From Eledone cirrhosa (Eukaryota): DNA of 64,000 bases. The stretch lies in the NCBI GenBank assembly GCA_964016885.1, contig OZ024744.1, forward strand, positions 30,566,001 to 30,630,000, written 5' to 3'. The position numbers and the translations under genes were made by a program. Shown here one piece after another: positions 44,701-58,945 of the stretch. Each line of letters begins with the position of its first letter. Positions within the stretch are counted from its first letter, which is position 1. Below the pieces are notes generated by a model that had not been told where the DNA came from, searched no databases, and saw nothing but the letters and a program-made list of their open reading frames with translations.

Positions 44701-47000
44701 GTTCTAGTCCTGTAGAATCTCATCTATATTAACATTTTTTGATACCCAGATGTCTGATGAATTCTAAAGAATGAAACAGTTCTAGTCCTGTAGAATCTCA
44801 TCTATATTAAATTTTGAGAACCAGATTCCTGACGATTTCTAAAGAATGAAACAGTTCTAGTCCTGTAGAATCTCATCTATATAAACATTTTTTGATACCC
44901 AGATTCCTGATGATTTCTAAAGAATGAAACAGTTCTAGTCCTGTAGAATCTCATCTATATTAACATTTTTTGATACCCAGATTCCTGATGATTTCTAAAG
45001 AATGAAACAGTTCTAGTCCTGTATAATCTCATGTATATTAAAAATGTTTGATACCCAGATTGCTGATGATTTCTAAAGAATGAAACAGTTCTAGTCCTGT
45101 AGAATCTCATCTATATTAAAATTTGTTGATACCCAGATTCCTGATGATTTCTAAAGAATGAAACAGTTCTAGTCCTGTAGAATCTCATCTATATTAAAAT
45201 TTGTTTGATACCCAGATTCCTGATGATTTCTAAAGAATGAAACAGTTCTAGTCCTGTAGAATCTCATCTATATTAACATTTTTTGATACCCAGATTCCTG
45301 ATGATTTCTAAAGAATGAAACAGTTCTAGTCCTTTAGAATCTCATGCATATTAAAATTTTTTGATGCCCAGATTCCTGATAATTTCTAAAGAATGAAACA
45401 GTTCTAGTCCTGTAGAATCTCATCTATATTAAAATTTTTTGATACCCAGATTCCTGATGATTTTTAAAGAATGAAACAGTTCTCGTCCTGTAGAATCTCA
45501 TCTATATTAACATTTTTTGATACACAGATTCCTGATGATTTCTAAAGAATGAAACAGTTCTAGTCCTGTAGAATCTCATCTATATTAACATTTTTTGATA
45601 CCCAGATTCCTGATGATTTCTAAAGAATGAAACAGTTCTAGTCCTGTAGAATCTCATCTATATTAATATTTTTTGAGACCCAGATGCCTGACGATTTCTA
45701 AAGAATGAAACAGTTCTAGTCCTCTAGAATCTCATCTATATTAACATTTTTTGACACACAGATTCCTGATGATTTCTAAAGAATGAAACAGTTCTAGTCC
45801 TGTAGAATCTCATCCATATTAAAATTTTTGGATACCCAGATTCCTGATGATTTCTAAAGAATGAAACAGTTCTAGTCCTCGAGAATCTCAGCTATACAAA
45901 AATTTTTTGATACCCAGATTCCTGATGATTTCTAAAGAATGAAACAGTTCTAGTCCTTTAGAATCTCATCCATATTAAAATTATTTGATACCCAGATTAC
46001 TGATGATTTCTAAAGAATGAAACAGTTCTAGTCCTGTAGAATCTCATCTATATTAAAATTTTTGGATACCCAGATTCCTGATGATTTCTAAAGAATGAAA
46101 CAGTTCTAGTCCTTTAGAATCTCATCCATATTAAAATTTTTTGATACCCAGATTCCTGATGATTTCTAAAGAATGAAACAGTTCTAGTCCTGTAGAATCT
46201 CATGTATATTAACATTTTTTGATACCCAGATTCCTGATGATTTCTAAAGAATGAAACAGTTCTAGTCCTGTAGAATCTCATATATATTAACATTTTTTGA
46301 CACCCAGATTCCTGATGATTTCTAAAGAATGAAACAGTCCTAGTCGTGTAGAATCTCATCTATATTAAACATTTGTGATTCCCAGATTCCTGATGATTTC
46401 TAAAGAATGAAACAGTTCTCGTCCTGTAGAATCTCATCTATATTAAAAAATTTTGATACCCAGATTCCTGATGTTTTCTAAAGAATGAAACAGTTCTAGT
46501 CCTGTAGAATATCATCTATATTAAAATTTTTTGATACCCAGTTTCCTGATGATTTCTAATGCATGAAACAGTTCTAGTCCTGTAGAATCTCATCTATATT
46601 AACATTTTTTGACACCCAGATTCCTGATGATTTCTAACGAGTGAAACAGTTCCAGTCCTGTAGAATCTCATCTATATCAAAATTTTTTGACACCCAGATT
46701 CCTGATGATTTCTAAAGAATGAAACAGTTGTAGTTCAGTAGAATCTCATCTATATTAACACTTTTTGATACCCAGATTCATGATGATTTCTAAAGAATGA
46801 AACAGTTCTAGTCCTGTAGAATCTCATATATATTAACATTTTTTGACACCCAGATTCCTGATGATTTCTAAAGAATGAAACAGTCCTAGTCGTGTAGAAT
46901 CTCATCTATATTAAACATTTGTGATTCCCAGATTCCTGATGATTTCTAAAGAATGAAACAGTTCTCGTCCTGTAGAATCTCATCTATATTAAACAATTTT
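32520..47000. repeat. Tandem block duplication, period 7252 bp (93 monomers)
   Basis: CAGATGTCTG lies at 32581/39833 and identical ORFs at 38862/46114. The private variant GAGTGAAACAGTTCCAG is in both copies, and both contain the internal 14-mer duplication. Confidence 0.93.
34960..37140. repeat. Tandem duplication, period 1091 bp (14 monomers); repeated at ~42210-44390
   Basis: The CTATTCC marker lies at 35037 and 36128, each followed by GGTGATTTCAAAAG, CTCGAG, GAACCTC and AAAGGATG. Confidence 0.9.
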
Positions 47001-49100
47001 GATACCCAGATTCCTGATGTTTTCTAAAGAATGAAACAGTTCTAGTCCTGTAGAATATCATCTATATTAAAATTTTTTGATACCCAGTTTCCTGATGATT
47101 TCTAATGAATGAAACAGTTCTAGACCTGTAGAATCTGATGTATATTAAAATTTTTTGATACCCAGATTCCTGATGATTTCTAAAAAATGAAACAGTTCTA
47201 GTCCTGTAGAATCTCATCTATATTAAAACTTTTGATACCCAGATTCCTGATGATTTCTAAAGAATGAAACAGTTCTAGTCCTGTAGAATCTCAACTATAT
47301 TAAAATGTTTTGATACCTAGATTCCTGATGATTTCTAAAGGATGAAACAGTTCTAGTCCTGTAGAATCTCATCTATATTAAAACTTTTGATACCCAGATT
47401 CCTGATGATTTCTAAAAAATGAAACAGTTCTAGTCCTGTAGAATCTGAACTATATTAAAATTGTTTGATACCCAGATTCCTGATGATTTCTAAAGAATGA
47501 AACAGTTCTAGTCCTGTAGAATCTCATCTATATTAACATTTTTTGATACCCAGATTCCTGATGATTTCCAAAGAATGAAACAGTTCTAGTCCTGTAGAAT
47601 CTCATCTATATTAAAATTTGTTGATACCCAGATTCCTGATGATTTCTAAAGAATGAAACAGTTCTAGTCCTGTAGAATCTCATCTATATTAAAATTTTTT
47701 GATACCCAGATTTCTGATAATTTCTAAAGAATGAAACAGTTCTAGTCCTGTAGAATCTCATCTATATTAACATTTTTTGATACCCAGATTCCTGATGATT
47801 TCTAAAGAATGAAACAGTTCTAGTCCTGTAGAATCTCATCTATATTCAAAATGTTTGATACCCAGATTGCTGATGATTTCTAAAGAATGAAACAGTTCTA
47901 GTCCTGTAGAATCTCATCTATATTAACATTTTTTGACACCCAGATTCCTGATGATTTCTAACGAGTGAAACAGTTCTAGTCCTGTAGAATCTCATCTATA
48001 TCAAAATTTTTTGACACCCAGATTCCTGATGATTTCTAAAGAATGAAACAGTTGTAGTTCAGTAGAATCTCATCTATATTAACACTTTTTGATACCCAGA
48101 TTCATGATGATTTCTAAAGAATGAAACAGTTCTAGTCCTGTAGAATCTCATATATATTAACATTTTTTGACACCCAGATTCCTGATGATTTCTAAAGAAT
48201 GAAACAGTCCTAGTCGTGTAGAATCTCATCTATATTAAACATTTGTGATTCCCAGATTCCTGATGATTTCTAAAGAATGAAACAGTTCTCGTCCTGTAGA
48301 ATCTCATCTATATTAAACAATTTTGATACCCAGATTCCTGATGTTTTCTAAAGAATGAAACAGTTCTAGTCCTGTAGAATATCATCTATATTAAAATTTT
48401 TTGATACCCAGTTTCCTGATGATTTCTAATGAATGAAACAGTTCTAGACCTGTAGAATCTGATGTATATTAAAATTTTTTGATACCCAGATTCCTGATGA
48501 TTTCTAAAAAATGAAACAGTTCTAGTCCTGTAGAATCTCATCTATATTAAAACTTTTGATACCCAGATTCCTGATGATTTCTAAAAAATGAAACAGTTCT
48601 AGTCCTGTAGAATCTGAACTATATTAAAATTTTTTGATACCCAGATTCCTGATGATTTCTAAAGAATGAAACAGTTCTAGTCCTGTAGAATCTCATCTAT
48701 ATTAACATTTTTTGATACCCAGATTCCTGATGATTTCCAAAGAATGAAACAGTTCTAGTCCTGTAGAATCTCATCTATATTAAAATTTGTTGATACCCAG
48801 ATTCCTGATGATTTCTAAAGAATGAAACAGTTCTAGTCCTGTAGAATCTCATCTATATTAAAATTTTTTGATACCCAGATTTCTGATAATTTCTAAAGAA
48901 TGAAACAGTTCTAGTCCTGTAGAATCTCATCTATATTAACATTTTTTGATACCCAGATTCCTGATGATTTCTAAAGAATGAAACAGTTCTAGTCCTGTAG
49001 AATCTCATCTATATTCAAAATGTTTGATACCCAGATTGCTGATGATTTCTAAAGAATGAAACAGTTCTAGTCCTGTAGAATCTCATCTATATTAAAATTT
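46620..49100. repeat. 17-monomer unit (1324 bp) followed by a shortened second copy; the same spacing occurs at 28389/29713 and 52321/53645
   Basis: AACGAGTG marker pairs 46636/47960, 28389/29713 and 52321/53645 are each 1324 bp apart. Confidence 0.85.
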
Positions 49101-52100
49101 GTTGATACCAGATTCCTGATGATTTCTAAAGAATGAAACAGTTCTAGTCCTGTAGAATCTCATCTATATTAACATTTTTTGATACCCAGATGTCTGATGA
49201 ATTCTAAAGAGTGAAACAGTTCTAGTCCTGTAGAATCTCATCTATATTAACATTTTTGAGACCCAGATTCCTGACGATTTCTAAAGAATGAAACAGTTCT
49301 AGTCCTGTAGAATCTCATCTATATTAAAATTTTTTGATACCCAGATTCCTGATGATTTCTAAAGAATGAAACAGTTCTAGTCCTGTAGAATCTCATCTAT
49401 ACTAAAAATTTTTGATACCCAGATTCCTGCTGATTTCTAAAGAATGAAACAGTTCTAGTCCTGTAGAATCTCATCTATATAAAGATTTTTTGATACCCAG
49501 ATTCCTGATGATTTCTAAAGGATGAAACAGTTCTAGTCCTGTAGAATCTCATCTATATTAAAACTTTTGATACCCAGATTCCTGATGATTTCTAAAAAAT
49601 GAAACAGTTCTAGTCCTGTAGAATCTCATCTATATTAACATTTTTTGATACCCAGATTCCTGATAATTTCTAAAGAATGAAACAGTTCTAGTCCTGTAGA
49701 ATCTCATCTATATTAAAATTTTTTGATACCCAGATTTCTGATAATTTCTAAAGAATGAAACAGTTCTAGTCCTGTAGAATATCATCTATATTAACATTTT
49801 TTGATACCCAGATTCCTGATGATTTCTAAAGAATGAAACAGTTCTAGTCCTGTAGAATCTCATCTATATTAAACATGTTTGATACCCAGATTGCTGATGA
49901 TTTCTAAAGAATGAAACAGTTCTAGTCCTGTAGAATCTCATCTATATTAACATTTTTTGATACCCAGATTCCTGATGATTTCTAAAGAATGAAACAGTTC
50001 TAGTCCTGTAGAATCTCATCTATATTAAAAATGTTTGATACCCAGATTGCTGATGATTTCTAAAGAATGAAACAGTTCTAGTCCTGTAGAATCTCATCTA
50101 TATTAAAATTTGTTGATACCAGATTCCTGATGATTTCTAAAGAATGAAACAGTTCTAGTCCTGTAGAATCTCATCTATATTAACATTTTTTGATACCCAG
50201 ATGTCTGATGAATTCTAAAGAATGAAACAGTTCTAGTCCTGTAGAATCTCATCTATATTAAATTTTGAGAACCAGATTCCTGACGATTTCTAAAGAATGA
50301 AACAGTTCTAGTCCTGTAGAATCTCATCTATATAAACATTTTTTGATACCCAGATTCCTGATGATTTCTAAAGAATGAAACAGTTCTAGTCCTGTAGAAT
50401 CTCATCTATATTAACATTTTTTGATACCCAGATTCCTGATGATTTCTAAAGAATGAAACAGTTCTAGTCCTGTATAATCTCATGTATATTAAAAATGTTT
50501 GATACCCAGATTGCTGATGATTTCTAAAGAATGAAACAGTTCTAGTCCTGTAGAATCTCATCTATATTAAAATTTGTTGATACCCAGATTCCTGATGATT
50601 TCTAGAGAATGAAACAGTTCTAGTCCTGTAGAATCTCATCTATATTAAAATTTGTTTGATACCCAGATTCCTGATGATTTCTAAAGAATGAAACAGTTCT
50701 AGTCCTTTAGAATCTCATCCATATTAAAATTTTTTGATACCCAGATTCCTGATGATTTCTAAAGAATGAAACAGTTCTAGTCCTTTAGAATCTTATGCAT
50801 ATTAAAATTTTTTGATGCCCAGATTCCTGATAATTTCTAAAGAATGAAACAGTTCTAGTCCTGTAGAATCTCATCTATATTAAAAATGTTTGATACCCAG
50901 ATTGCTGATGATTTCTAAAGAATGAAACAGTTCTAGTCCTGTAGAATCTCATCTATATTAAAATTTTTTGATACCCAGATTCCTGATGATTTTTAAAGAA
51001 TGAAACAGTTCTCGTCCTGTAGAATCTCATCTATATTAACATTTTTTGATACACAGATTCCTGATGATTTCTAAAGAATGAAACAGTTCCAGTCCTGTAG
51101 AATCTCATCTATATTAAAATTTTTTGATACCCAGATTCCTGATGATTTCTAAAGAATGAAACAGTTCTAGTCCTGTAGAATCTCATCTATATTAATATTT
51201 TTTGAGACCCAGATGCCTGACGATTTCTAAAGAATGAAACAGTTCTAGTCCTCTAGAATCTCATCTATATTAACATTTTTTGACACACAGATTCCTGATG
51301 ATTTCTAAAGAATGAAACAGTTCTAGTCCTGTAGAATCTCATCTATATTAAAATTTTTGGATACCCAGATTGCTGATGATTTCTAAAGAATGAAACAGTT
51401 CTAGTCCTTTAGAATCTCATCCATATTAAAATTTTTTGATACCCAGATTCCTGATCATTTCTAAAGAATGAAACAGTTCTAGTCCTGTAGAATCTCATGT
51501 ATATTAAAATTTTTTGATACCCAGATTCCTGATGATTTCTAAAGAATGAAACAGTTCTAGTCCTCGAGAATCTCAGCTATACAAAAATTTTTTGATACCC
51601 AGATTCCTGATGATTTCTAAAGAATGAAACAGTTCTAGTCCTTTAGAATCTCATCCATATTAAAATTTTTTGATACCCAGATTACTGATGATTTCTAAAG
51701 AATGAAACAGTTCTAGTCCTGTAGAATCTCATCTATATTAAAATTTTTGGATACCCAGATTCCTGATGATTTCTAAAGAATGAAACAGTTCTAGTCCTTT
51801 AGAATCTCATCCATATTAAAATTTTTTGATACCCAGATTCCTGATGATTTCTAAAGAATGAAACAGTTCTAGTCCTGTAGAATCTCATGTATATTAACAT
51901 TTTTTGATACCCAGATTCCTGATGATTTCTAAAGAATGAAACAGTTCTAGTCCTGTAGAATCTCATATATATTAACATTTTTTGACACCCAGATTCCTGA
52001 TGATTTCTAAAGAATGAAACAGTCCTAGTCGTGTAGAATCTCATCTATATTAAACATTTGTGATTCCCAGATTCCTGATGATTTCTAAAGAATGAAACAG

Positions 52101-55100
52101 TTCTCGTCCTGTAGAATCTCATCTATATTAAAAAATTTTGATACCCAGATTCCTGATGTTTTCTAAAGAATGAAACAGTTCTAGTCCTGTAGAATATCAT
52201 CTATATTAAAATTTTTTGATACCCAGTTTCCTGATGATTTCTAATGAATGAAACAGTTCTAGTCCTGTAGAATCTCATCTATATTAACATTTTTTGACAC
52301 CCAGATTCCTGATGATTTCTAACGAGTGAAACAGTTCTAGTCCTGTAGAATCTCATCTATATCAAAATTTTTTGACACCCAGATTCCTGATGATTTCTAA
52401 AGAATGAAACAGTTGTAGTTCAGTAGAATCTCATCTATATTAACACTTTTTGATACCCAGATTCATGATGATTTCTAAAGAATGAAACAGTTCTAGTCCT
52501 GTAGAATCTCATATATATTAACATTTTTTGACACCCAGATTCCTGATGATTTCTAAAGAATGAAACAGTCCTAGTCGTGTAGAATCTCATCTATATTAAA
52601 CATTTGTGATTCCCAGATTCCTGATGATTTCTAAAGAATGAAACAGTTCTCGTCCTGTAGAATCTCATCTATATTAAACAATTTTGATACCCAGATTCCT
52701 GATGTTTTCTAAAGAATGAAACAGTTCTAGTCCTGTAGAATATCATCTATATTAAAATTTTTTGATACCCAGTTTCCTGATGATTTCTAATGAATGAAAC
52801 AGTTCTAGACCTGTAGAATCTGATGTATATTAAAATTTTTTGATACCCAGATTCCTGATGATTTCTAAAAAATGAAACAGTTCTAGTCCTGTAGAATCTC
52901 ATCTATATTAAAACTTTTGATACCCAGATTCCTGATGATTTCTAAAGAATGAAACAGTTCTAGTCCTGTAGAATCTCAACTATATTAAAATTTTTTGATA
53001 CCCAGATTCCTGATGATTTCTAAAGGATGAAACAGTTCTAGTCCTGTAGAATCTCATCTATATTAAAACTTTTGATACCCAGATTCCTGATGATTTCTAA
53101 AAAATGAAACAGTTCTAGTCCTGTAGAATCTGAACTATATTAAAAATTTTTGATACCCAGATTCCTGATGATTTCTAAAGAATGAAACAGTTCTAGTCCT
53201 GTAGAATCTCATCTATATTAACATTTTTTGATACCCAGATTCCTGATGATTTCCAAAGAATGAAACAGTTCTAGTCCTGTAGAATCTCATCTATATTAAA
53301 ATTTGTTGATACCCAGATTCCTGATGATTTCTAAAGAATGAAACAGTTCTAGTCCTGTAGAATCTCATCTATATTAAAATTTTTTGATACCCAGATTTCT
53401 GATAATTTCTAAAGAATGAAACAGTTCTAGTCCTGTAGAATCTCATCTATATTAACATTTTTTGATACCCAGATTCCTGATGATTTCTAAAGAATGAAAC
53501 AGTTCTAGTCCTGTAGAATCTCATCTATATTCAAAATGTTTGATACCCAGATTGCTGATGATTTCTAAAGAATGAAACAGTTCTAGTCCTGTAGAATCTC
53601 ATCTATATTAACATTTTTTGACACCCAGATTCCTGATGATTTCTAACGAGTGAAACAGTTCTAGTCCTGTAGAATCTCATCTATATCAAAATTTTTTGAC
53701 ACCCAGATTCCTGATGATTTCTAAAGAATGAAACAGTTGTAGTTCAGTAGAATCTCATCTATATTAACACTTTTTGATACCCAGATTCATGATGATTTCT
53801 AAAGAATGAAACAGTTCTAGTCCTGTAGAATCTCATATATATTAACATTTTTTGACACCCAGATTCCTGATGATTTCTAAAGAATGAAACAGTCCTAGTC
53901 GTGTAGAATCTCATCTATATTAAACATTTGTGATTCCCAGATTCCTGATGATTTCTAAAGAATGAAACAGTTCTCGTCCTGTAGAATCTCACCTATATTA
54001 AAATTTTTTGATACCCAGTTTCCTGATGATTTCTAATGAATGAAACAGTTCTAGACCTGTAGAATCTCATCTATATTCAAAATGTTTGATACCCAGATTG
54101 CTGATGATTTCTAAAGAATGAAACAGTTCTAGTCCTGTAGAATCTCATCTATATTAAAATTTGTTGATACCAGATTCCTGATGATTTCTAAAGAATGAAA
54201 CAGTTCTAGTCCTGTAGAATCTCATCTATATTAACATTTTTTGATACCTAGATGTCTGATGAATTCTAAAGAATGAAACAGTTCTAGTCCTGTAGAATCT
54301 CATCTATATTAACATTTTTGAGACCCAGATTCCTGACGATTTCTAAAGAATGAAACAGTTCTAGTCCTGTAGAATCTCATCTATATTAAAATTTTTTGAT
54401 ACCCAGATTCCTGATGATTTCTAAAGAATGAAACAGTTCTAGTCCTGTAGAATCTCATCTATACTAAAAATTTTTGATACCCAGATTCCTGCTGATTTCT
54501 AAAGAATGAAACAGTTCTAGTCCTGTAGAATCTCATCTATATAAAGATTTTTTGATACCCAGATTCCTGATGATTTCTAAAGGATGAAACAGTTCTAGTC
54601 CTGTAGAATCTCATCTATATTAAAACTTTTGATACCCAGATTCCTGATGATTTCTAAAAAATGAAACAGTTCTAGTCCTGTAGAATCTCATCTATATTAA
54701 CATTTTTTGATACCCAGATTCCTGATAATTTCTAAAGAATGAAACAGTTCTAGTCCTGTAGAATCTCAACTATATTAAAATTTTTTGATGCTCAGATTCC
54801 TGATGATTTCTAAAGAATGAAACAGTTCTAGTCCTGTAGAATCTCATCTATATTAACATTTTTTGATACCCAGATTCCTGATGATTTCCAAAGAATGAAA
54901 CAGTTCTAGTCCTGTAGAATCTCATCTATATTAAAATTTGTTGATACCCAGATTCCTGATGATTTCTAAAGAATGAAACAGTTCTAGTCCTGTAGAATCT
55001 CATCTATATTAAAATTTTTTGATACCCAGATTTCTGATAATTTCTAAAGAATGAAACAGTTCTAGTCCTGTAGAATATCATCTATATTAACATTTTTTGA

Positions 55101-56120
55101 TACCCAGATTCCTGATGATTTCTAAAGAATGAAACAGTTCTAGTCCTGTAGAATCTCATCTATATTAAAAATGTTTGATACCCAGATTGCTGATGATTTC
55201 TAAAGAATGAAACAGTTCTAGTCCTGTAGAATCTCATCTATATTAAAATTTGTTGATACCAGATTCCTGATGATTTCTAAAGAATGAAACAGTTCTAGTC
55301 CTGTAGAATCTCATCTATATTAACATTTTTTGATACCCAGATGTCTGATGAATTCTAAAGAATGAAACAGTTCTAGTCCTGTAGAATCTCATCTATATTA
55401 ACATTTTTGAGACCCAGATTCCTGACGATTTCTAAAGAATGAAACAGTTCAAGTCCTGTAGAATCTCATCTATATTAAAATTTTTTGATACCCAGATTCC
55501 TGATGATTTCTAAAGAATGAAACAGTTCTAGACCTGTAGAATCTCATGTATATTAAAATTTTTTGATACCCAGATTCCTGATGATTTCTAAGTAATGAAA
55601 CAGTTCTAGTCCTGTAGAATCTCATCTATACTAAAAAATTTTGATACCCAGATTCCTGGTGATTTCTAAAGAATGAAACAGTTCTAGTCCTCTAGAATCT
55701 CATCTATATTAACATTTTTTGACACCCAGATTCCTGATGATTTCTAAAGAATGAAACAGTTCTAGTCCTGTAGAATCTCATCCATATTAAAATTTTTGGA
55801 TACCCAGATTCCTGATGATTTCTAAAGAATGAAACAGTTCTAGTCCTTTAGAATCGCATCCATATTAAAATTTTTTGATACCCAGATTCCTGATGATTTC
55901 TAAAGAATGAAACAGTTCTAGTCCTGTAGAATCTCACGTATATTAACATTTTTTGATACCCAGATTCCTGATGATTTCTAAAGAATGAAACAGTTCTAGT
56001 CCTCGAGAATCTCATCTATACAAAAATTTTTTGATACCCAGATTCCTGATGATTTCTAAAGAATGAAGCAGTTCTAGTCCTGTAGAACCTCATCTATATT
56101 AACATTTTTTGATACCCAGA

Positions 56121-56171
56121 TTCCTGATGATTTCTAAAGAATGAAACAGTTCTAGTCCTGTGACACCCAGA
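56121..56171. repeat. Truncated 51-bp monomer (27-nt deletion), copy 1
   Basis: TCTAGTCCTGT|GACACCCAGA: monomer positions 42-68 are missing. Confidence 0.95.
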
Positions 56172-58894
56172 TTCCTGATGATTTCTAAAGAATGAAACAG
56201 TCCTAGTCGTGTAGAATCTCATCTATATTAAACATTTGTGATTCCCAGATTCCTGATGATTTCTAAAGAATGAAACAGTTCTCGTCCTGTAGAATCTCAT
56301 ATATATTAAAAAATTTTGATACCCAGATTCCTGATGTTTTCTAAAGAATGAAACAGTTCTAGTCCTGTAGAATATCATCTATATTAAAATTTTTTGATAC
56401 CCAGTTTCCTGATGATTTCTAATGAATGAAACAGTTCTAGTCCTGTAGAATCTTATCTATATTAACATTTTTTGACACCCAGATTCCTGATGATTTCTAA
56501 AGAGTGAAACAGTTCTAGTCCTGTAGAATCTCATCTATATTAAAATTTTTTGACACCCAGATTCCTGATGATTTCTAAAGAATGAAACAGTTCTAGTCCT
56601 GTAGAATCTCATCTATATTAAATTTTATTGATACCCAGATTCCTGATGATTTCTAAAGAATGAAACAGTTCTAGTCCTGTAGAATCTCATCCATATTAAC
56701 ATTTTTAATACCCAGATGTCTGATGAATTCTAAAGAATGAAACAGTTCTAGTCCTGTAGAATCTCATCCATATTAACATTTTTAATACCCAGATGTCTGA
56801 TGAATTCTAAAGAATGAAACAGTTCTAGTCCTGTAGAATCTCATCTATATTAACATTTTTGATACCCACATTCCTGATGATTTCTAAATAATGAAACAGT
56901 TCTAGTCCTCTAGAATCTCATCTATATTAACATTTTTTGACACCCAGATTCCTGATGATTTCTAAAGAATGAAACAGTTCTAGTCCTGTAGAATCTCATC
57001 TATATTAACATTTTTTGATACCTAGATGTCTGATGAATTCTAAAGAATGAAACAGTTCTAGTCCTGTAGAATCTCATCTATATTAACATTTTTGAGACCC
57101 AGATTCCTGACGATTTCTAAAGAATGAAACAGTTCTAGTCCTGTAGAATCTCATCTATATTAAAATTTTTTGATACCCAGATTCCTGATGATTTCTAAAG
57201 AATGAAACAGTTCTAGTCCTGTAGAATCTCATCTATACTAAAAATTTTTGATACCCAGATTCCTGCTGATTTCTAAAGAATGAAACAGTTCTAGTCCTGT
57301 AGAATCTCATCTATATAAAGATTTTTTGATACCCAGATTCCTGATGATTTCTAAAGGATGAAACAGTTCTAGTCCTGTAGAATCTCATCTATATTAAAAC
57401 TTTTGATACCCAGATTCCTGATGATTTCTAAAAAATGAAACAGTTCTAGTCCTGTAGAATCTCATCTATATTAACATTTTTTGATACCCAGATTCCTGAT
57501 AATTTCTAAAGAATGAAACAGTTCTAGTCCTGTAGAATCTCAACTATATTAAAATTTTTTGATGCTCAGATTCCTGATGATTTCTAAAGAATGAAACAGT
57601 TCTAGTCCTGTAGAATCTCATCTATATTAACATTTTTTGATACCCAGATTCCTGATGATTTCCAAAGAATGAAACAGTTCTAGTCCTGTAGAATCTCATC
57701 TATATTAAAATTTGTTGATACCCAGATTCCTGATGATTTCTAAAGAATGAAACAGTTCTAGTCCTGTAGAATCTCATCTATATTAAAATTTTTTGATACC
57801 CAGATTTCTGATAATTTCTAAAGAATGAAACAGTTCTAGTCCTGTAGAATATCATCTATATTAACATTTTTTGATACCCAGATTCCTGATGATTTCTAAA
57901 GAATGAAACAGTTCTAGTCCTGTAGAATCTCATCTATATTAAAAATGTTTGATACCCAGATTGCTGATGATTTCTAAAGAATGAAACAGTTCTAGTCCTG
58001 TAGAATCTCATCTATATTAAAATTTGTTGATACCAGATTCCTGATGATTTCTAAAGAATGAAACAGTTCTAGTCCTGTAGAATCTCATCTATATTAACAT
58101 TTTTTGATACCCAGATGTCTGATGAATTCTAAAGAATGAAACAGTTCTAGTCCTGTAGAATCTCATCTATATTAACATTTTTGAGACCCAGATTCCTGAC
58201 GATTTCTAAAGAATGAAACAGTTCAAGTCCTGTAGAATCTCATCTATATTAAAATTTTTTGATACCCAGATTCCTGATGATTTCTAAAGAATGAAACAGT
58301 TCTAGACCTGTAGAATCTCATGTATATTAAAATTTTTTGATACCCAGATTCCTGATGATTTCTAAGTAATGAAACAGTTCTAGTCCTGTAGAATCTCATC
58401 TATACTAAAAAATTTTGATACCCAGATTCCTGGTGATTTCTAAAGAATGAAACAGTTCTAGTCCTCTAGAATCTCATCTATATTAACATTTTTTGACACC
58501 CAGATTCCTGATGATTTCTAAAGAATGAAACAGTTCTAGTCCTGTAGAATCTCATCCATATTAAAATTTTTGGATACCCAGATTCCTGATGATTTCTAAA
58601 GAATGAAACAGTTCTAGTCCTTTAGAATCGCATCCATATTAAAATTTTTTGATACCCAGATTCCTGATGATTTCTAAAGAATGAAACAGTTCTAGTCCTG
58701 TAGAATCTCACGTATATTAACATTTTTTGATACCCAGATTCCTGATGATTTCTAAAGAATGAAACAGTTCTAGTCCTCGAGAATCTCATCTATACAAAAA
58801 TTTTTTGATACCCAGATTCCTGATGATTTCTAAAGAATGAAGCAGTTCTAGTCCTGTAGAACCTCATCTATATTAACATTTTTTGATACCCAGA

Positions 58895-58945
58895 TTCCTG
58901 ATGATTTCTAAAGAATGAAACAGTTCTAGTCCTGTGACACCCAGA
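58895..58945. repeat. Truncated 51-bp monomer (27-nt deletion), copy 2
   Basis: Same CCTGT|GACACCC junction 2774 bp downstream of copy 1. Confidence 0.93.

Noticed and set aside
25062-52044. Five identical 81-aa minus-strand ORFs (25062, 27867, 38862, 46114, 51799)
   Set aside because: Each is three satellite monomers whose in-frame TAG is mutated. Their identity follows from the block duplications. There is no gene context or recognisable domain.
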